DNA from: Fibrobacteria bacterium
GTDB taxonomy: Bacteria > Fibrobacterota > Chitinivibrionia > Chitinivibrionales > FEN-1185
Assembly (NCBI GenBank): GCA_037447435.1
Contig: JBBIGR010000003.1
Span: 96,001 to 160,000 of the forward strand
Direction of reading: 5' to 3'
DNA: 64,000 bases
Part shown: positions 10,843-20,450 of the stretch, in pieces
Numbering within the stretch: position 1 is the stretch's first letter
Layout: the number at the start of each line of letters is the position of its first letter
The notes under the pieces: model-generated
Database searches by the model: none
The model's input: the letters and a program-made list of their open reading frames with translations, nothing else
Told to the model about the DNA's origin: nothing
Position numbers and translations under genes: made by a program

Positions 10843-11100
10843 TCAAATACTGATCCGAGTTTTCAGAACATCTTCCTCAATAGGAAAAACTACCGAGTTG
10901 TTAACGCTCCAGGACGTTCGTTGTATTCCCCTGTATTTTTGATAGCGCCTGCGAACTCTGCAATCGATCCTTGCTCTGTTTATTTGTTCTTTTAGGGAAA
11001 ACGGCATGCTTCCGCAATAATTGACAAAGACCCTGGTTGTTGACGGACAAGATGAAGAAATAGCGCATTCATGGCATTGCATTTTTCCTTCACATACCAT
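10843..11100 (-). CDS. small Cys-rich hypothetical protein
   Basis: GGAGG RBS, MVCEGKMQCHECAISSSCP..YCGS; sigma54 motif upstream. Confidence 0.6.
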   Translation of the reverse strand: MVCEGKMQCHECAISSSCPSTTRVFVNYCGSMPFSLKEQINRARIDCRVRRRYQKYRGIQRTSWSVNNSVVFPIEEDVLKTRISI

Positions 11101-11216
11101 AGCAGCCTCCAATCCTTGTAATAATCGATGCTCTTGAGCGGCTAATTCCTTTATTGTTCCTTAAAGGACATATAGGACAATTTGGTTTCAATAAACACCT
11201 TTTTTATAAAAACAAA

Positions 11217-11230
11217 GCAAATTAGGTACC
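11217..11230 (-). promoter_or_regulatory. sigma54 promoter motif
   Basis: minus strand TGGTACCTAATTTGC. Confidence 0.6.
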
Positions 11231-11456
11231 ATATTTTAATAAATACTATCGATTTGATCACGCATCCCCAAAATCCCAGCGAGATCCCTTTGTTGTGATT
11301 ACTCCTTGATGTTTTTGATCAAGGGCAAACCACTGCATTCTTGAGTTTGAAATTCAAATTTCCGCATTTCTAAGAAATGAATTCTTATAATTAGGATTTT
11401 ATTTAAATAAGCATACTGTAGGAATTAAAATTCATTGAAATAGGGACATCTTTCCA

Positions 11457-11470
11457 GGCATGCGAATTGC
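11457..11470 (+). promoter_or_regulatory. sigma54 promoter motif
   Basis: GGCATGCGAATTGCA upstream of the DUF1540 gene. Confidence 0.6.
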
Positions 11471-11554
11471 ATATACGACCCCCAGGGTTTCGATTTATAA
11501 AAGTATTATAGGTCAATTTTAGGAAGGGACTTCAATAGAAAAGGGAGAATAATC

Positions 11555-11860
11555 ATGAAAGAAAAAAAAGACCTTATGCCAGAAATTGAAGAATGTGAAG
11601 CGGAAGATTGTTCATTTAACGCAAATGGAAACTGCCATGCGATCGCAATAAATGTAGGCGGGATTGGGGATGAATGCCCCAGCTGTGATACTTATATTAA
11701 TGTGGTCGATAAAGGTGGAATCCAGAACGTTATTGCCGGAGTGGGTGCATGCAAAGTTCAGGATTGTACTCATAATAAAATGCTCGAATGCACAGCAAAA
11801 TCGGTCAGCATTAAACTTCATGCTCAACACGCGGATTGTGCGACATATAAAAATTTATAA
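11555..11860 (+). CDS. DUF1540 domain protein (two Cys-rich repeats)
   Basis: two C-x4-C-x2-N-x3-C-x-A...C-x-TY repeats. Confidence 0.85.
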   Translation: MKEKKDLMPEIEECEAEDCSFNANGNCHAIAINVGGIGDECPSCDTYINVVDKGGIQNVIAGVGACKVQDCTHNKMLECTAKSVSIKLHAQHADCATYKNL

Positions 11861-11935
11861 GTTCTTGAATGGGTATAATTTTAATAAGTCCCTTCCTTCT
11901 TAACTTATTTGATTATTAATTAAATGTATGCCGAT

Positions 11936-12214
11936 TTACGGTACAATGTTTTTATTTCGGGGTACGAGGCGGATTTGATTCAAGGTCGCGTTAAGCTTTT
12001 TTTTAAAACTAGGGGTTCTATTTAATATATGTTCCATTGTGCGGATAAGCGAAGATGCCTGATCGTAACTAAGATCCTTACTAGACCAGATTGGAGTGCC
12101 TTCGAGGCTGGCATACGATTCGAGCAAAACCCTATAATCGCTATCGTCGAGTCGAAGTTCCGATTTTAGAGTATGGATTTTTTTAATTTGAGCAGGGGTA
12201 GCCACGACATTCAC
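11936..12214 (-). CDS. phage Mu GemA/gp16-like (DUF1018) protein, possibly truncated
   Basis: QIKKIHTLKSELRLDDSDYRVLL...SSKDLSYDQASSLI pattern. Confidence 0.7.
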   Translation of the reverse strand: MNVVATPAQIKKIHTLKSELRLDDSDYRVLLESYASLEGTPIWSSKDLSYDQASSLIRTMEHILNRTPSFKKKLNATLNQIRLVPRNKNIVP

Positions 12215-12240
12215 CCCATTTCCAGTTCTTAATTTCAGAC

Positions 12241-12270
12241 AAAAAGCCCCGATATACCAGGGCTTCTTTT
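12241..12270 (-). terminator. probable intrinsic terminator after the DUF2934 gene
   Basis: AAGCCC/GGGCTT stem flanked by A and T tracts. Confidence 0.5.
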
Positions 12271-12315
12271 AAACTCATTTTAAGGACTACTGTTCTATAC
12301 TTTCCAATTTAGCAA

Positions 12316-12486
12316 TTAAGCAAAAATTTTTTTCTTTGCTGTTTGTTTCTTAGGCTTGTCCTGAGAGGATAGTTCTTTTTCCGCTTGAACCCAATCATTA
12401 AAATCCGACCCATGTTTTTTCCCTCTCTCCAAATAAATCTGATATGCTCGTTCGGCAATTTTGCTCTGATCAATCCCATTACTCAT
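12316..12486 (-). CDS. DUF2934 family small protein (56 aa, missed by the ORF track)
   Basis: own translation MSNGIDQSKIAERAYQIYLERGKKHGSDFNDWVQAEKELSS...; AAAAGGAG RBS. Confidence 0.85.
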   Translation of the reverse strand: MSNGIDQSKIAERAYQIYLERGKKHGSDFNDWVQAEKELSSQDKPKKQTAKKKIFA

Positions 12487-12563
12487 ACAAACTCCTTTTC
12501 AAAAAATGAATATAATCCGACATAAATCCCAATTTTCGTGAATATTATTATTTAATAATATTA

Positions 12564-12577
12564 GCAAACCATGTGCC
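12564..12577 (-). promoter_or_regulatory. sigma54 promoter motif
   Basis: minus strand CGGCACATGGTTTGCT upstream of the DUF2934 gene. Confidence 0.7.
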
Positions 12578-12747
12578 GGAGTTAAAAAAGTGGTGTTACA
12601 ATGTGATCAATTAATATATCATCCCATTTAATTAAATTAATACTGCCTATAATGCCATTTAAAAAAATAGGGTTATATTTACCTGTATTCTGTATTAAAA
12701 ATGGAAAAACAATCTGCCGACAAGCGCTAATGGCCAAAGGGATAAAA

Positions 12748-14301
12748 ATGGGTAAAAAAGCAATTTTTGCTAAGGTCTTTTTTCTTTTCCTTATTATTGA
12801 CGTAGGCTCTATTGACGCAAATGTCAGTATTGCTTCTCCATTTTCCGACCATATGGTGTTGCAAAGAGGGATGGCCGTTCCGGTATGGGGAACAGCGGCA
12901 AACGGTGAGCAGGTAACGGTGACGTTTAGAGGTCAAAGCAAAACATTTACGGCCGGCTCGGATGGGAAATGGATGGTTCGCCTTGATCCCTCCATTGAGG
13001 GGGGGCCGTATAACCTGATCGTGCAGGGTACAAATACCGTTTCAATCTCGGATATATTGGTAGGAGAGGTCTGGGTTGGCGGCGGGCAGTCGAATATGGA
13101 AGCTGTTTTAAGTTTCTTTGCCGGTGCAAACCTTGATACGGTCAAAACCGCCAATTATCCTAACCTGCGGCTCATGAGCTTTGCAAAAACGAAACAGTGG
13201 CAAGCCTGCACGCCGTCGGTGGCACTTAATTTTTCCGCAACGGGATTCTATTTCGGGCGCGATTTGAATAAGGCCCTTAATGTTCCTGTCGGCATCATTA
13301 TAAATGCTATCGGCGGGACAGATCTTGAAAACTGGCTTGATCCGGCTTCGATAGCGGCCGATCCGCTGCTCACAAACGATACTTCGGCAGGCAATCTCTA
13401 TCGGCAATGGGTTGTTCCACTTGCACCCTTTGCCATTCGAGGCGTTATCTGGTGTCAAGGTGAGAACAATGCGACATTTTCTTATGCTGCACATCCTACA
13501 CACACGGCAACCTATTACGGTCCTCGGTTTAAATCGCTGATACCCGGGTGGCGCTCGATCTGGGGGCAAGGCGATTTTCCTTTTTATTTCGTACAACTTG
13601 CTAACGATTACGCCGTGCAAACCGCTCCGGGGGCAACAAGCGCTCTGGCGACAGTCCGCGAAGCTCAACGCCTCGGCCTTTCGGTGGTCAATACCGAGAT
13701 GGCGGTGACAATTGATATAGGAGACGCTAACAATGTTCACTATGTAGACAAATGGGACCTCGGACAACGATTGACCCTTCCCGCATTGGCTCATCTGTAC
13801 GGGCAAGGCAACCTTGTTTACTCCGGGCCGATGTATCAATCAATGGCAATAAAGGGATCCAACGCCAGTCTGGTTTTTCGTTTTGCCGCCGGCCTAACGG
13901 CAAAGGGCGGGCAGAAATTGTCGGGCTTTGAAATTGCCGGTTCAGACAACAAGTGGAGCTTTGCAAATGCGGTAATTCACGGCGATACGGTCGTGGTCAG
14001 CAATTCGGCGGTTCCAGCCCCGACACAGGTCCGATATGCATGGGCCGACAATCCAGTCTGTAATCTGGTAAACGGCGCCGGATTGCCGGCTTCTCCGTTT
14101 CAAACGACCGGAACTCAGCTGTCTGTATCAGTCGCATCCAACTCCACACAAGGTGCCAAGCATCCTCTTTCTCTTTCCGTGCCCGCAAACGGTCAAATAT
14201 TCGATGCGCTGGGGCGTATCAACAAACAAGTAAAACCGAATCCGGGGAAAATCGTTTTTGGTACAAGGGCCGGAGCGGTACGAGGGGTTTACTGTAAATG
14301 A
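12748..14301 (+). CDS. secreted sialate O-acetylesterase (SASA) family protein
   Basis: FSDHMVLQR..VWG, GEVWVGGGQSNM, GVIWCQGE, DANNVH, VRYAWADNP; start uncertain (12652-12748). Confidence 0.9.
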   Translation: MGKKAIFAKVFFLFLIIDVGSIDANVSIASPFSDHMVLQRGMAVPVWGTAANGEQVTVTFRGQSKTFTAGSDGKWMVRLDPSIEGGPYNLIVQGTNTVSISDILVGEVWVGGGQSNMEAVLSFFAGANLDTVKTANYPNLRLMSFAKTKQWQACTPSVALNFSATGFYFGRDLNKALNVPVGIIINAIGGTDLENWLDPASIAADPLLTNDTSAGNLYRQWVVPLAPFAIRGVIWCQGENNATFSYAAHPTHTATYYGPRFKSLIPGWRSIWGQGDFPFYFVQLANDYAVQTAPGATSALATVREAQRLGLSVVNTEMAVTIDIGDANNVHYVDKWDLGQRLTLPALAHLYGQGNLVYSGPMYQSMAIKGSNASLVFRFAAGLTAKGGQKLSGFEIAGSDNKWSFANAVIHGDTVVVSNSAVPAPTQVRYAWADNPVCNLVNGAGLPASPFQTTGTQLSVSVASNSTQGAKHPLSLSVPANGQIFDALGRINKQVKPNPGKIVFGTRAGAVRGVYCK

Positions 14302-14548
14302 TAATTAACTGAAAAGCCGATTCCGTTTTCATCGACATCGAAGCCGGTAACAATTAATTCTATATTTTTGATCTTATCTCCTACGCCCCTAAGAAATTCT
14401 TTGGGAACAATTACTATATGCGATGCTGTTGATTCCCGCATCGACGTTTGCAGATTGCGAAATTTGCTTTTCAACTCTGCAAGGTCTAATTTATTTATGA
14501 TATAACTTATTGCGGTATTATATTCAGCATAAAAACGGAGCAAATTTA

Positions 14549-15340
14549 ATGCAGAAAAAAGCACCTGTGTCCAAGAAAGCATATGACAATTACGAATTCA
14601 TCCATGGCCATTCAGCACGTCACATCAGAGTGCTATCGGAATTTATCCAACCGGAAGAGATCTTTCGGAAAAACGACATTCACAACACAATCGTATTCTT
14701 CGGGTCGGCGCGCGCAATACCTAAAAAGCAAGCAAAACGCCACATCTTGAATCCTGGAGAAAAACGAGACAAGTACATTCTCACCAGTGAGGCGTATGAA
14801 GACTGCATAGAACTGGCGCGACGCATTACGGACTGGTCGAATAAAATCAGGAACCCAAAGGATCGTTTTTATCTATGTAGCGGCGGCGGCCCAGGCATTA
14901 TGGAAGCGGCCAACAAAGGTGCGCACCTTGCCAAGGGCAAGTCAATCGGCCTCAATATCAGCTTACCATTCGAGCAGGAACCCAATCCTTACATCACGCC
15001 GGAATTGAATCTCGAATTCCATTATTTTTTCATCCGAAAATTCTGGTTTCTTTATTACGCCAAGGCTTTAGTAGCATTTCCGGGTGGATTCGGAACGTTT
15101 GATGAGGTCTTTGAAATTCTTACTTTGCTGCAAACCAAAAAGCTCAAGAAGCATATGCCTGTCGTACTTTATGGAAAATCTTTTTGGAATAGTATCTTTA
15201 ATTTCGAGGCGCTTCTCGAATATGGCGTAATTGCAAAGGAAGACCTGGCATTATTCAAGATATTCGACGATGTTGATTCTGCCTACGATTATATCATTTC
15301 CGAGCTTAAGCAAATGCCACCCAACTCGCTTTATTCCTAA
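14549..15340 (+). CDS. LOG family protein (TIGR00730-like)
   Basis: FFGSAR, SGGGPGIMEAAN, YFFIRK, PGGFGTFDE. Confidence 0.92.
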   Translation: MQKKAPVSKKAYDNYEFIHGHSARHIRVLSEFIQPEEIFRKNDIHNTIVFFGSARAIPKKQAKRHILNPGEKRDKYILTSEAYEDCIELARRITDWSNKIRNPKDRFYLCSGGGPGIMEAANKGAHLAKGKSIGLNISLPFEQEPNPYITPELNLEFHYFFIRKFWFLYYAKALVAFPGGFGTFDEVFEILTLLQTKKLKKHMPVVLYGKSFWNSIFNFEALLEYGVIAKEDLALFKIFDDVDSAYDYIISELKQMPPNSLYS

Positions 15341-15604
15341 CGGCAGCCCGAAGGTGTTATGGCCGAAAAGTCACAACAGTCAAGTAAATACGTAAACCGA
15401 TCTTTATCTCTTTTCCACGGTAGAATCGCTGTTATATCCGAAGCCCATCTTATATTGGTTTTAATCCGGGTATGCGGTTGACGGGGTTTGGATTCATTTG
15501 ACAAATCCGTGCCTGATGTCCAGCACATTTGAGACAAGAGCAAAGATCCACTCACGCTCAGCTTCTCTTTACATCTGTTTCGTGAGTGGATCCTAGTTAC
15601 ATGA

Positions 15605-16699
15605 TTAGCGCGCCGCAATGCCTTGAGCAAAAATCGATAACCCTCCGGCAACTGCGCCTAACTTTGTCAAGTTGCCGTGATGTTCGATTTTGAACTCATC
15701 CACAGAGCCTGCCCTTGGATCCAACGCATAAAGAAACATTCCATCTCGTGTAATGGAAATGTCAAGAGGAGTGCTTCCCGTTCCGGCAACGGGATTAAGC
15801 AGAACAAGTTTCCCTTTTCTTATACCATATGTGGAAATGGAGCTGGTTCCGGGATTTGCAGTGAAAAATTCTCCGCTTTCACTCCCGGTTATCCAACAAG
15901 CCGCTTTTTGCCCGTTGGCTACCGATCCGCTTATCACTTCCAGCCCGTTATTGGCAATGATTTTGTAGAGCGAAACCGCATTCGTGGTTGCTTCCACGAC
16001 CAACAAGTGGTCCCATTGATCAAAGAATAGTCCAAAAGGTGTGGCGCCATTGGATGTTGAAGTTACTGGATTAATACTCGGCAGACCAGTGTTCTCAACG
16101 GAGAATACTAGAATCTTACTGTCTGTTTTGTCCGTTACCACAAGCTTTCCCCCATCTGGAGAAAACCCTACCTGAGCAAACCCGCCGGATCCCAGGGATC
16201 GGGTGGAATAAGGCAAGACCGTCAACTTGCCGTTGCAGTCAATGTTGAATCCGGAAATATTTGGAGAGCCGACGGCATTGAGAACATAGACGAGATTTTG
16301 AAAAATGGTCACGCTTATGGGAAAGACGCCCCCCGAACCGACCTTGTCGGTCAGTTTCAGCCCATCATGTTTAACTCGGAAGACAGAGACATCATTGCTT
16401 CCTGCATTTACCGATAGGAGCCACCTATGGTTTTCGCTGAGCATAAGAGAACCCTGAGAGCCAAGCGGATCCAATGCAATTCCGGCCCCCATTCCACCGG
16501 TAGCAATTGAGCCGGCTTTATTAAGCATGCCTCCGTCATCCCGGTCAAAAATGACCACGGAATTTCCAGCAGCGGAATTAGTCGTCGCATACACCGCCCC
16601 AGCTTTTTCGTTGTCTTGCGGTTCTTCGGCAAAGATTTGTACCGACAAAATCATTAACGTTGCAATACTTAAAACTGCACCAAACATTTTCTTACTCAT
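15605..16699 (-). CDS. secreted lactonase-like beta-propeller protein
   Basis: signal peptide, VNAGSNDVSVF, SGGVFPISV, AACWI repeats; AAGGAG RBS before ATG 16699. Confidence 0.85.
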   Translation of the reverse strand: MSKKMFGAVLSIATLMILSVQIFAEEPQDNEKAGAVYATTNSAAGNSVVIFDRDDGGMLNKAGSIATGGMGAGIALDPLGSQGSLMLSENHRWLLSVNAGSNDVSVFRVKHDGLKLTDKVGSGGVFPISVTIFQNLVYVLNAVGSPNISGFNIDCNGKLTVLPYSTRSLGSGGFAQVGFSPDGGKLVVTDKTDSKILVFSVENTGLPSINPVTSTSNGATPFGLFFDQWDHLLVVEATTNAVSLYKIIANNGLEVISGSVANGQKAACWITGSESGEFFTANPGTSSISTYGIRKGKLVLLNPVAGTGSTPLDISITRDGMFLYALDPRAGSVDEFKIEHHGNLTKLGAVAGGLSIFAQGIAAR

Positions 16700-17192
16700 G
16701 GCGTTCTCCTTGTCAAAAAGGTTAAAACCAACTTGAAGCTTTATAACATGATCAGTAAACCATACCATACAGGATTTTGTCTCGTTCATTTCTTGCCATC
16801 AGTATCCCTCCTTTCATTACGCCAATTGCTTATACAGAACGATTGGAAAAGGTTACCGGATAGATTTCAACACCTTACTTCTTTTGCGGCTTTCAGTAAA
16901 TCATCCGGGTTGACACGGATAGTTATGCCGGGAATGCAATAGACAAAATGAATGACTCCCCGGCATTTACAGATAGGACCAAGAACCTAACGAAGCTGGT
17001 TATGAATTTATTGGGCATTTGTCACCGTAGTATCTATGGACGGGTATCCACCATTGACGAATGCATGTTATGCGGAGTACCCATCTGGGACGTTACTCAA
17101 TTCCTTAGATACCGTCAAGATTGCCGGTCTCACGACATCGCGTACTTACAAAAGAATTCTTCCACTTTCAGGAAGTTAGATAGTAAAAAAAA

Positions 17193-17206
17193 GCAAATTG
17201 TATGCC
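17193..17206 (-). promoter_or_regulatory. sigma54 promoter motif
   Basis: minus strand TGGCATACAATTTGCT. Confidence 0.6.
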
Positions 17207-17384
17207 ATGCCTTGGTTCTGCATTTTTTAGTTCAGGAAGCGTCTCTAGAGGAGATTTGTTGGGATTTTTAGCCAATTTTGGAATTCGGCCAGTGAGTTTT
17301 TTGTCGAAACTGAGAGCGCAGATCGACACGATAAAGGCAAGGGCTGCGGACTCAATACATCATGACCAAATGGATGACCAAAAC

Positions 17385-17419
17385 AAAAAAGGCAAGTAAA
17401 GTTTTGCTTTACTTGCCTT
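17385..17419 (-). terminator. intrinsic terminator downstream of tRNA
   Basis: 13-bp stem AAGGCAAGTAAAG/CTTTACTTGCCTT followed by a T tract on the minus strand. Confidence 0.75.
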
Positions 17420-17447
17420 GTAAGTGCCTGATTTATCAGGCTTTTAT

Positions 17448-17524
<77 letters not shown>

Positions 17525-17763
17525 ATCATTCGAATTTTACTGGGTTAAATATAATACCGGTGAAATAGTATCGCAAGGAAAATTATCTTATTTTCAGGTT
17601 TTGTTTACATACCATAGTAATAACGGGGTGTAGATGGGTTTTGCGGAAAGCGCCGGATACGAGAAAAAAATCGAGACAATGAAAAGGATTTATATTAGTA
17701 TTATTACTACGGCGTCACCAATTGAAATCTATAAAAAATTAAAGACTTTTCTAGGAGGTATTC

Positions 17764-18789
17764 ATGCCAGTAGCTCCTGATTCGTACTTTACTAAAGAGC
17801 ATATTCAAGCGCATAAATTCGATGCCCCAGTGTCGCTGGCGGAACAGGCCATCCATTGTCTGGAACTGGTGGCCGAACTTTCGTGGGCGTATTTTCCGTT
17901 TCAATTCAAGGGCGGCAATTCATTATTATTGATTTTACAAGACCCGAAACGGTTTTCGATCGACGTAGATATCGCGACCGACGAAAGTCCCGAAGAAATC
18001 GAGCGGGTTCTCGATAAAATCGTCTTGGAATGCGGCGTATTCGGCAAATGGACAAAACGGCAACACAAAACGAAACCTTTCATACCGTTGGCGAGTTACT
18101 ATCTGTTTTACAAATCAAAGTTTACGGGTTCCGACGACGCTTTCATTATGCTCGATTGTCAGCTTACCAAAAGTCCGTACAAAACGCAAAACATTCCCAT
18201 TGTTTGCGGTACCATCTATAAAACCATAGTCAAGACCGATGTCCCGACGCCGTCGAGCCTTATCGGAGACAAATTGCTTACCCTAGGGCCAACCACGCTC
18301 GGCATTCCGCTTGGTAAAGGTAAAGAGGCTCAACGCATCAAACATATTTTCGATATTGCCCGACTGTGCGAAACATTGCCATCGATATCCGATGTCAGGG
18401 AAAGTTTGACCGCGTGCATCATTCATGAAAACACCTTGCAGAAAAAAGAAATAGACGCTAAAGACATACTTGCGGATACATTACTCTTTTGTAAATCTGT
18501 CATAATGAATTCCGGAACAGCCTCTGCGGATAATGATCAAATGTCGGCGCTCAATGAAACAATCAAAGGGCTTCCGCAATTTGCCGATCATTTGTTTTCC
18601 AAGAATTATGTTTGGAGCGACTTGCAACGCGATATCGGCAGGGTAGGACTGTGCCTTACCGCGGCATGCAATATAACCGTATCCGACGGTACGTTTGTGA
18701 AAACGTATAAAGCGGGAAATGACGATCCGTTGAAATATTGGAACAGTACGGTCGCTTGGTTAAAGGCTGATCCCAATGAACACAAATGA
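17764..18789 (+). CDS. AbiEii/AbiGii-family nucleotidyltransferase (type IV TA toxin-like)
   Basis: FKGGNSL...RFSIDVDI, GDKL, KHIFDI motifs; AGGAGG RBS. Confidence 0.85.
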   Translation: MPVAPDSYFTKEHIQAHKFDAPVSLAEQAIHCLELVAELSWAYFPFQFKGGNSLLLILQDPKRFSIDVDIATDESPEEIERVLDKIVLECGVFGKWTKRQHKTKPFIPLASYYLFYKSKFTGSDDAFIMLDCQLTKSPYKTQNIPIVCGTIYKTIVKTDVPTPSSLIGDKLLTLGPTTLGIPLGKGKEAQRIKHIFDIARLCETLPSISDVRESLTACIIHENTLQKKEIDAKDILADTLLFCKSVIMNSGTASADNDQMSALNETIKGLPQFADHLFSKNYVWSDLQRDIGRVGLCLTAACNITVSDGTFVKTYKAGNDDPLKYWNSTVAWLKADPNEHK

Positions 18790-18928
18790 CAACGAAACCG
18801 TGAATGAGGCATCGTTCAAAGTACGGGAGAAAATCGGCGAGGCTCTTTTATCGTACGAAGATGTTGTTGTTTTGACATGTGCGGAAATCGCAAAAACGTT
18901 CAGCCGGGATGAGAAAGGATACGCATAA
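18776..18928 (+). CDS. possible 50-aa hypothetical protein
   Basis: own translation MNTNDNETVNEASFKVREKIGEALLSYEDVVVLTCAEIAKTFSRDEKGYA; fills the gap between AbiEii and GT9. Confidence 0.35.
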   Translation: MNTNDNETVNEASFKVREKIGEALLSYEDVVVLTCAEIAKTFSRDEKGYA

Positions 18929-18935
18929 AATCGCC

Positions 18936-20444
18936 ATGGATCAAGGTATTACATTGCAAATCCTCGTGATGTTGCCCAATAATCTTGGCGATGTGATCAT
19001 GGCAACTCCGGTTATCGAGGGGGTGGCCAAAAAACATCCGGGTTCGGAAATTACTTATTTTTGCGAAAGCGGATTTGAGGCCGGTATGATGAATAATCCG
19101 TTTTGCAAAGAAATATACTCATTTCCCCGCAAATCCGTCCGTAATGCAATTCTGGAAAATTTTGCAAATGGAAAAAATATTTTCAAACGGGCTATTGCGG
19201 ATATTTCCGCAAGACAATGGGATGTGATCATAAATTTGTCCCAACATCCTTATATGGCAATGGTGGCATCGTTGCTAAAAAGCAAATCCATTGTCGGACA
19301 GAAATTCCTTTTTGAGGGGAATTTGGGCGTTTTTGACGAATGGACCAGGTATTTGTTCGCTATTCCGTTTTCCCGGCATTGCAATAATCTGCATGCGGTC
19401 GATGTTTACAGGAGAATAGCGGGCGTTAAAACCCATCGCGGGGGATATTCCGTCGCTATTGCTAAATCGGAAAAGGATTGGGCGCGAAACATGTTTGATG
19501 AAATCGGTTTTGCTTCCCACGACAAAATTATGGTTTTTCAACCCGGAGCCGCATTTCCGTCGAAACGATGGCCGTATGAATATTTCGTTGCGCTTGGGAC
19601 AATGCTTGCCCGAGACGATTGGAAAATTCTTGTTTGCGGTGCCGCAATCGAAATGGACATTGCAGAAAAAATATCCGCTCAAATCGGTTCCCGATCCTAT
19701 TGCGTTGCGGGAAAAACAACGTTTCGCCAGTCTATGGCCTTGGCTTCGCTTTGCAACGGATGCGTGACGGGCGATACTGCGCAAATGCATGCATGTGCGG
19801 GAATGGATGTTCCCACGTACGCATTGTTTGGGCCCACAAACCCGGTGGAAACAGGGCCCTATGGAAACGGCAATTTTGTGTTTTCGGGACGATGCGGCTC
19901 AATGCCGTGTTTTAAAACCGAGTGCGGGTCAACGGAATGCATGAAATCCATATTGCCCGAAGACGTTTACGCATGTATAAAAGCCAACGCTTGTGCCTTG
20001 TCGTGTTCCTGTAATGTTTATAAGACCTCATTGTCTCCGAATGGCGATTACAGTTGCGTTCCTCAGAGAGCTTCGATGCACAGGTATTTCCATGAAGGCG
20101 CCGTATGCGTAATTAGAAATATTTTCGACGACCGATGGAATTGTGTGCCGGATTCCACGGACTTTGCCCACAATGTTGCAGAAATGGGAAAATGGCTCGA
20201 AATCGTGTCCGATATGTGCAATGCCCTTATAAAATTCGACAAAACGAAAGACCCGAAATTCGTCACCATGTTTGAAGTGATGAAAAACTCATTGGCCGGA
20301 CTGACATCCGTAGGAGCGTTTTGTACCGCGGTCCTCAATCTTCGATTAAATAGCGTTCCAATGTTAACTCCGCTTGAAGCCGTACGCTTAAGTCTCGAAG
20401 AATGCTGGTCCATGCATAAACTCGTTGGCAAAGCCATAGTATAA
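18936..20444 (+). CDS. glycosyltransferase family 9 (heptosyltransferase-like) with C-terminal extension
   Basis: LGDVIMATP, QPGAAFPSKRWP, GDTAQMH, LFGPT. Confidence 0.88.
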   Translation: MDQGITLQILVMLPNNLGDVIMATPVIEGVAKKHPGSEITYFCESGFEAGMMNNPFCKEIYSFPRKSVRNAILENFANGKNIFKRAIADISARQWDVIINLSQHPYMAMVASLLKSKSIVGQKFLFEGNLGVFDEWTRYLFAIPFSRHCNNLHAVDVYRRIAGVKTHRGGYSVAIAKSEKDWARNMFDEIGFASHDKIMVFQPGAAFPSKRWPYEYFVALGTMLARDDWKILVCGAAIEMDIAEKISAQIGSRSYCVAGKTTFRQSMALASLCNGCVTGDTAQMHACAGMDVPTYALFGPTNPVETGPYGNGNFVFSGRCGSMPCFKTECGSTECMKSILPEDVYACIKANACALSCSCNVYKTSLSPNGDYSCVPQRASMHRYFHEGAVCVIRNIFDDRWNCVPDSTDFAHNVAEMGKWLEIVSDMCNALIKFDKTKDPKFVTMFEVMKNSLAGLTSVGAFCTAVLNLRLNSVPMLTPLEAVRLSLEECWSMHKLVGKAIV

Positions 20445-20450
20445 CAGATA

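Noticed and set aside
14289..14582. Minus-strand 97-aa ORF between SASA and LOG
   Set aside because: Overlaps both neighbours and has no RBS; at most a gene fragment
16948..17399. Possible integrase remnant (GVPIWDVTQFL)
   Set aside because: No catalytic R-H-R-H-Y pattern; too weak to call
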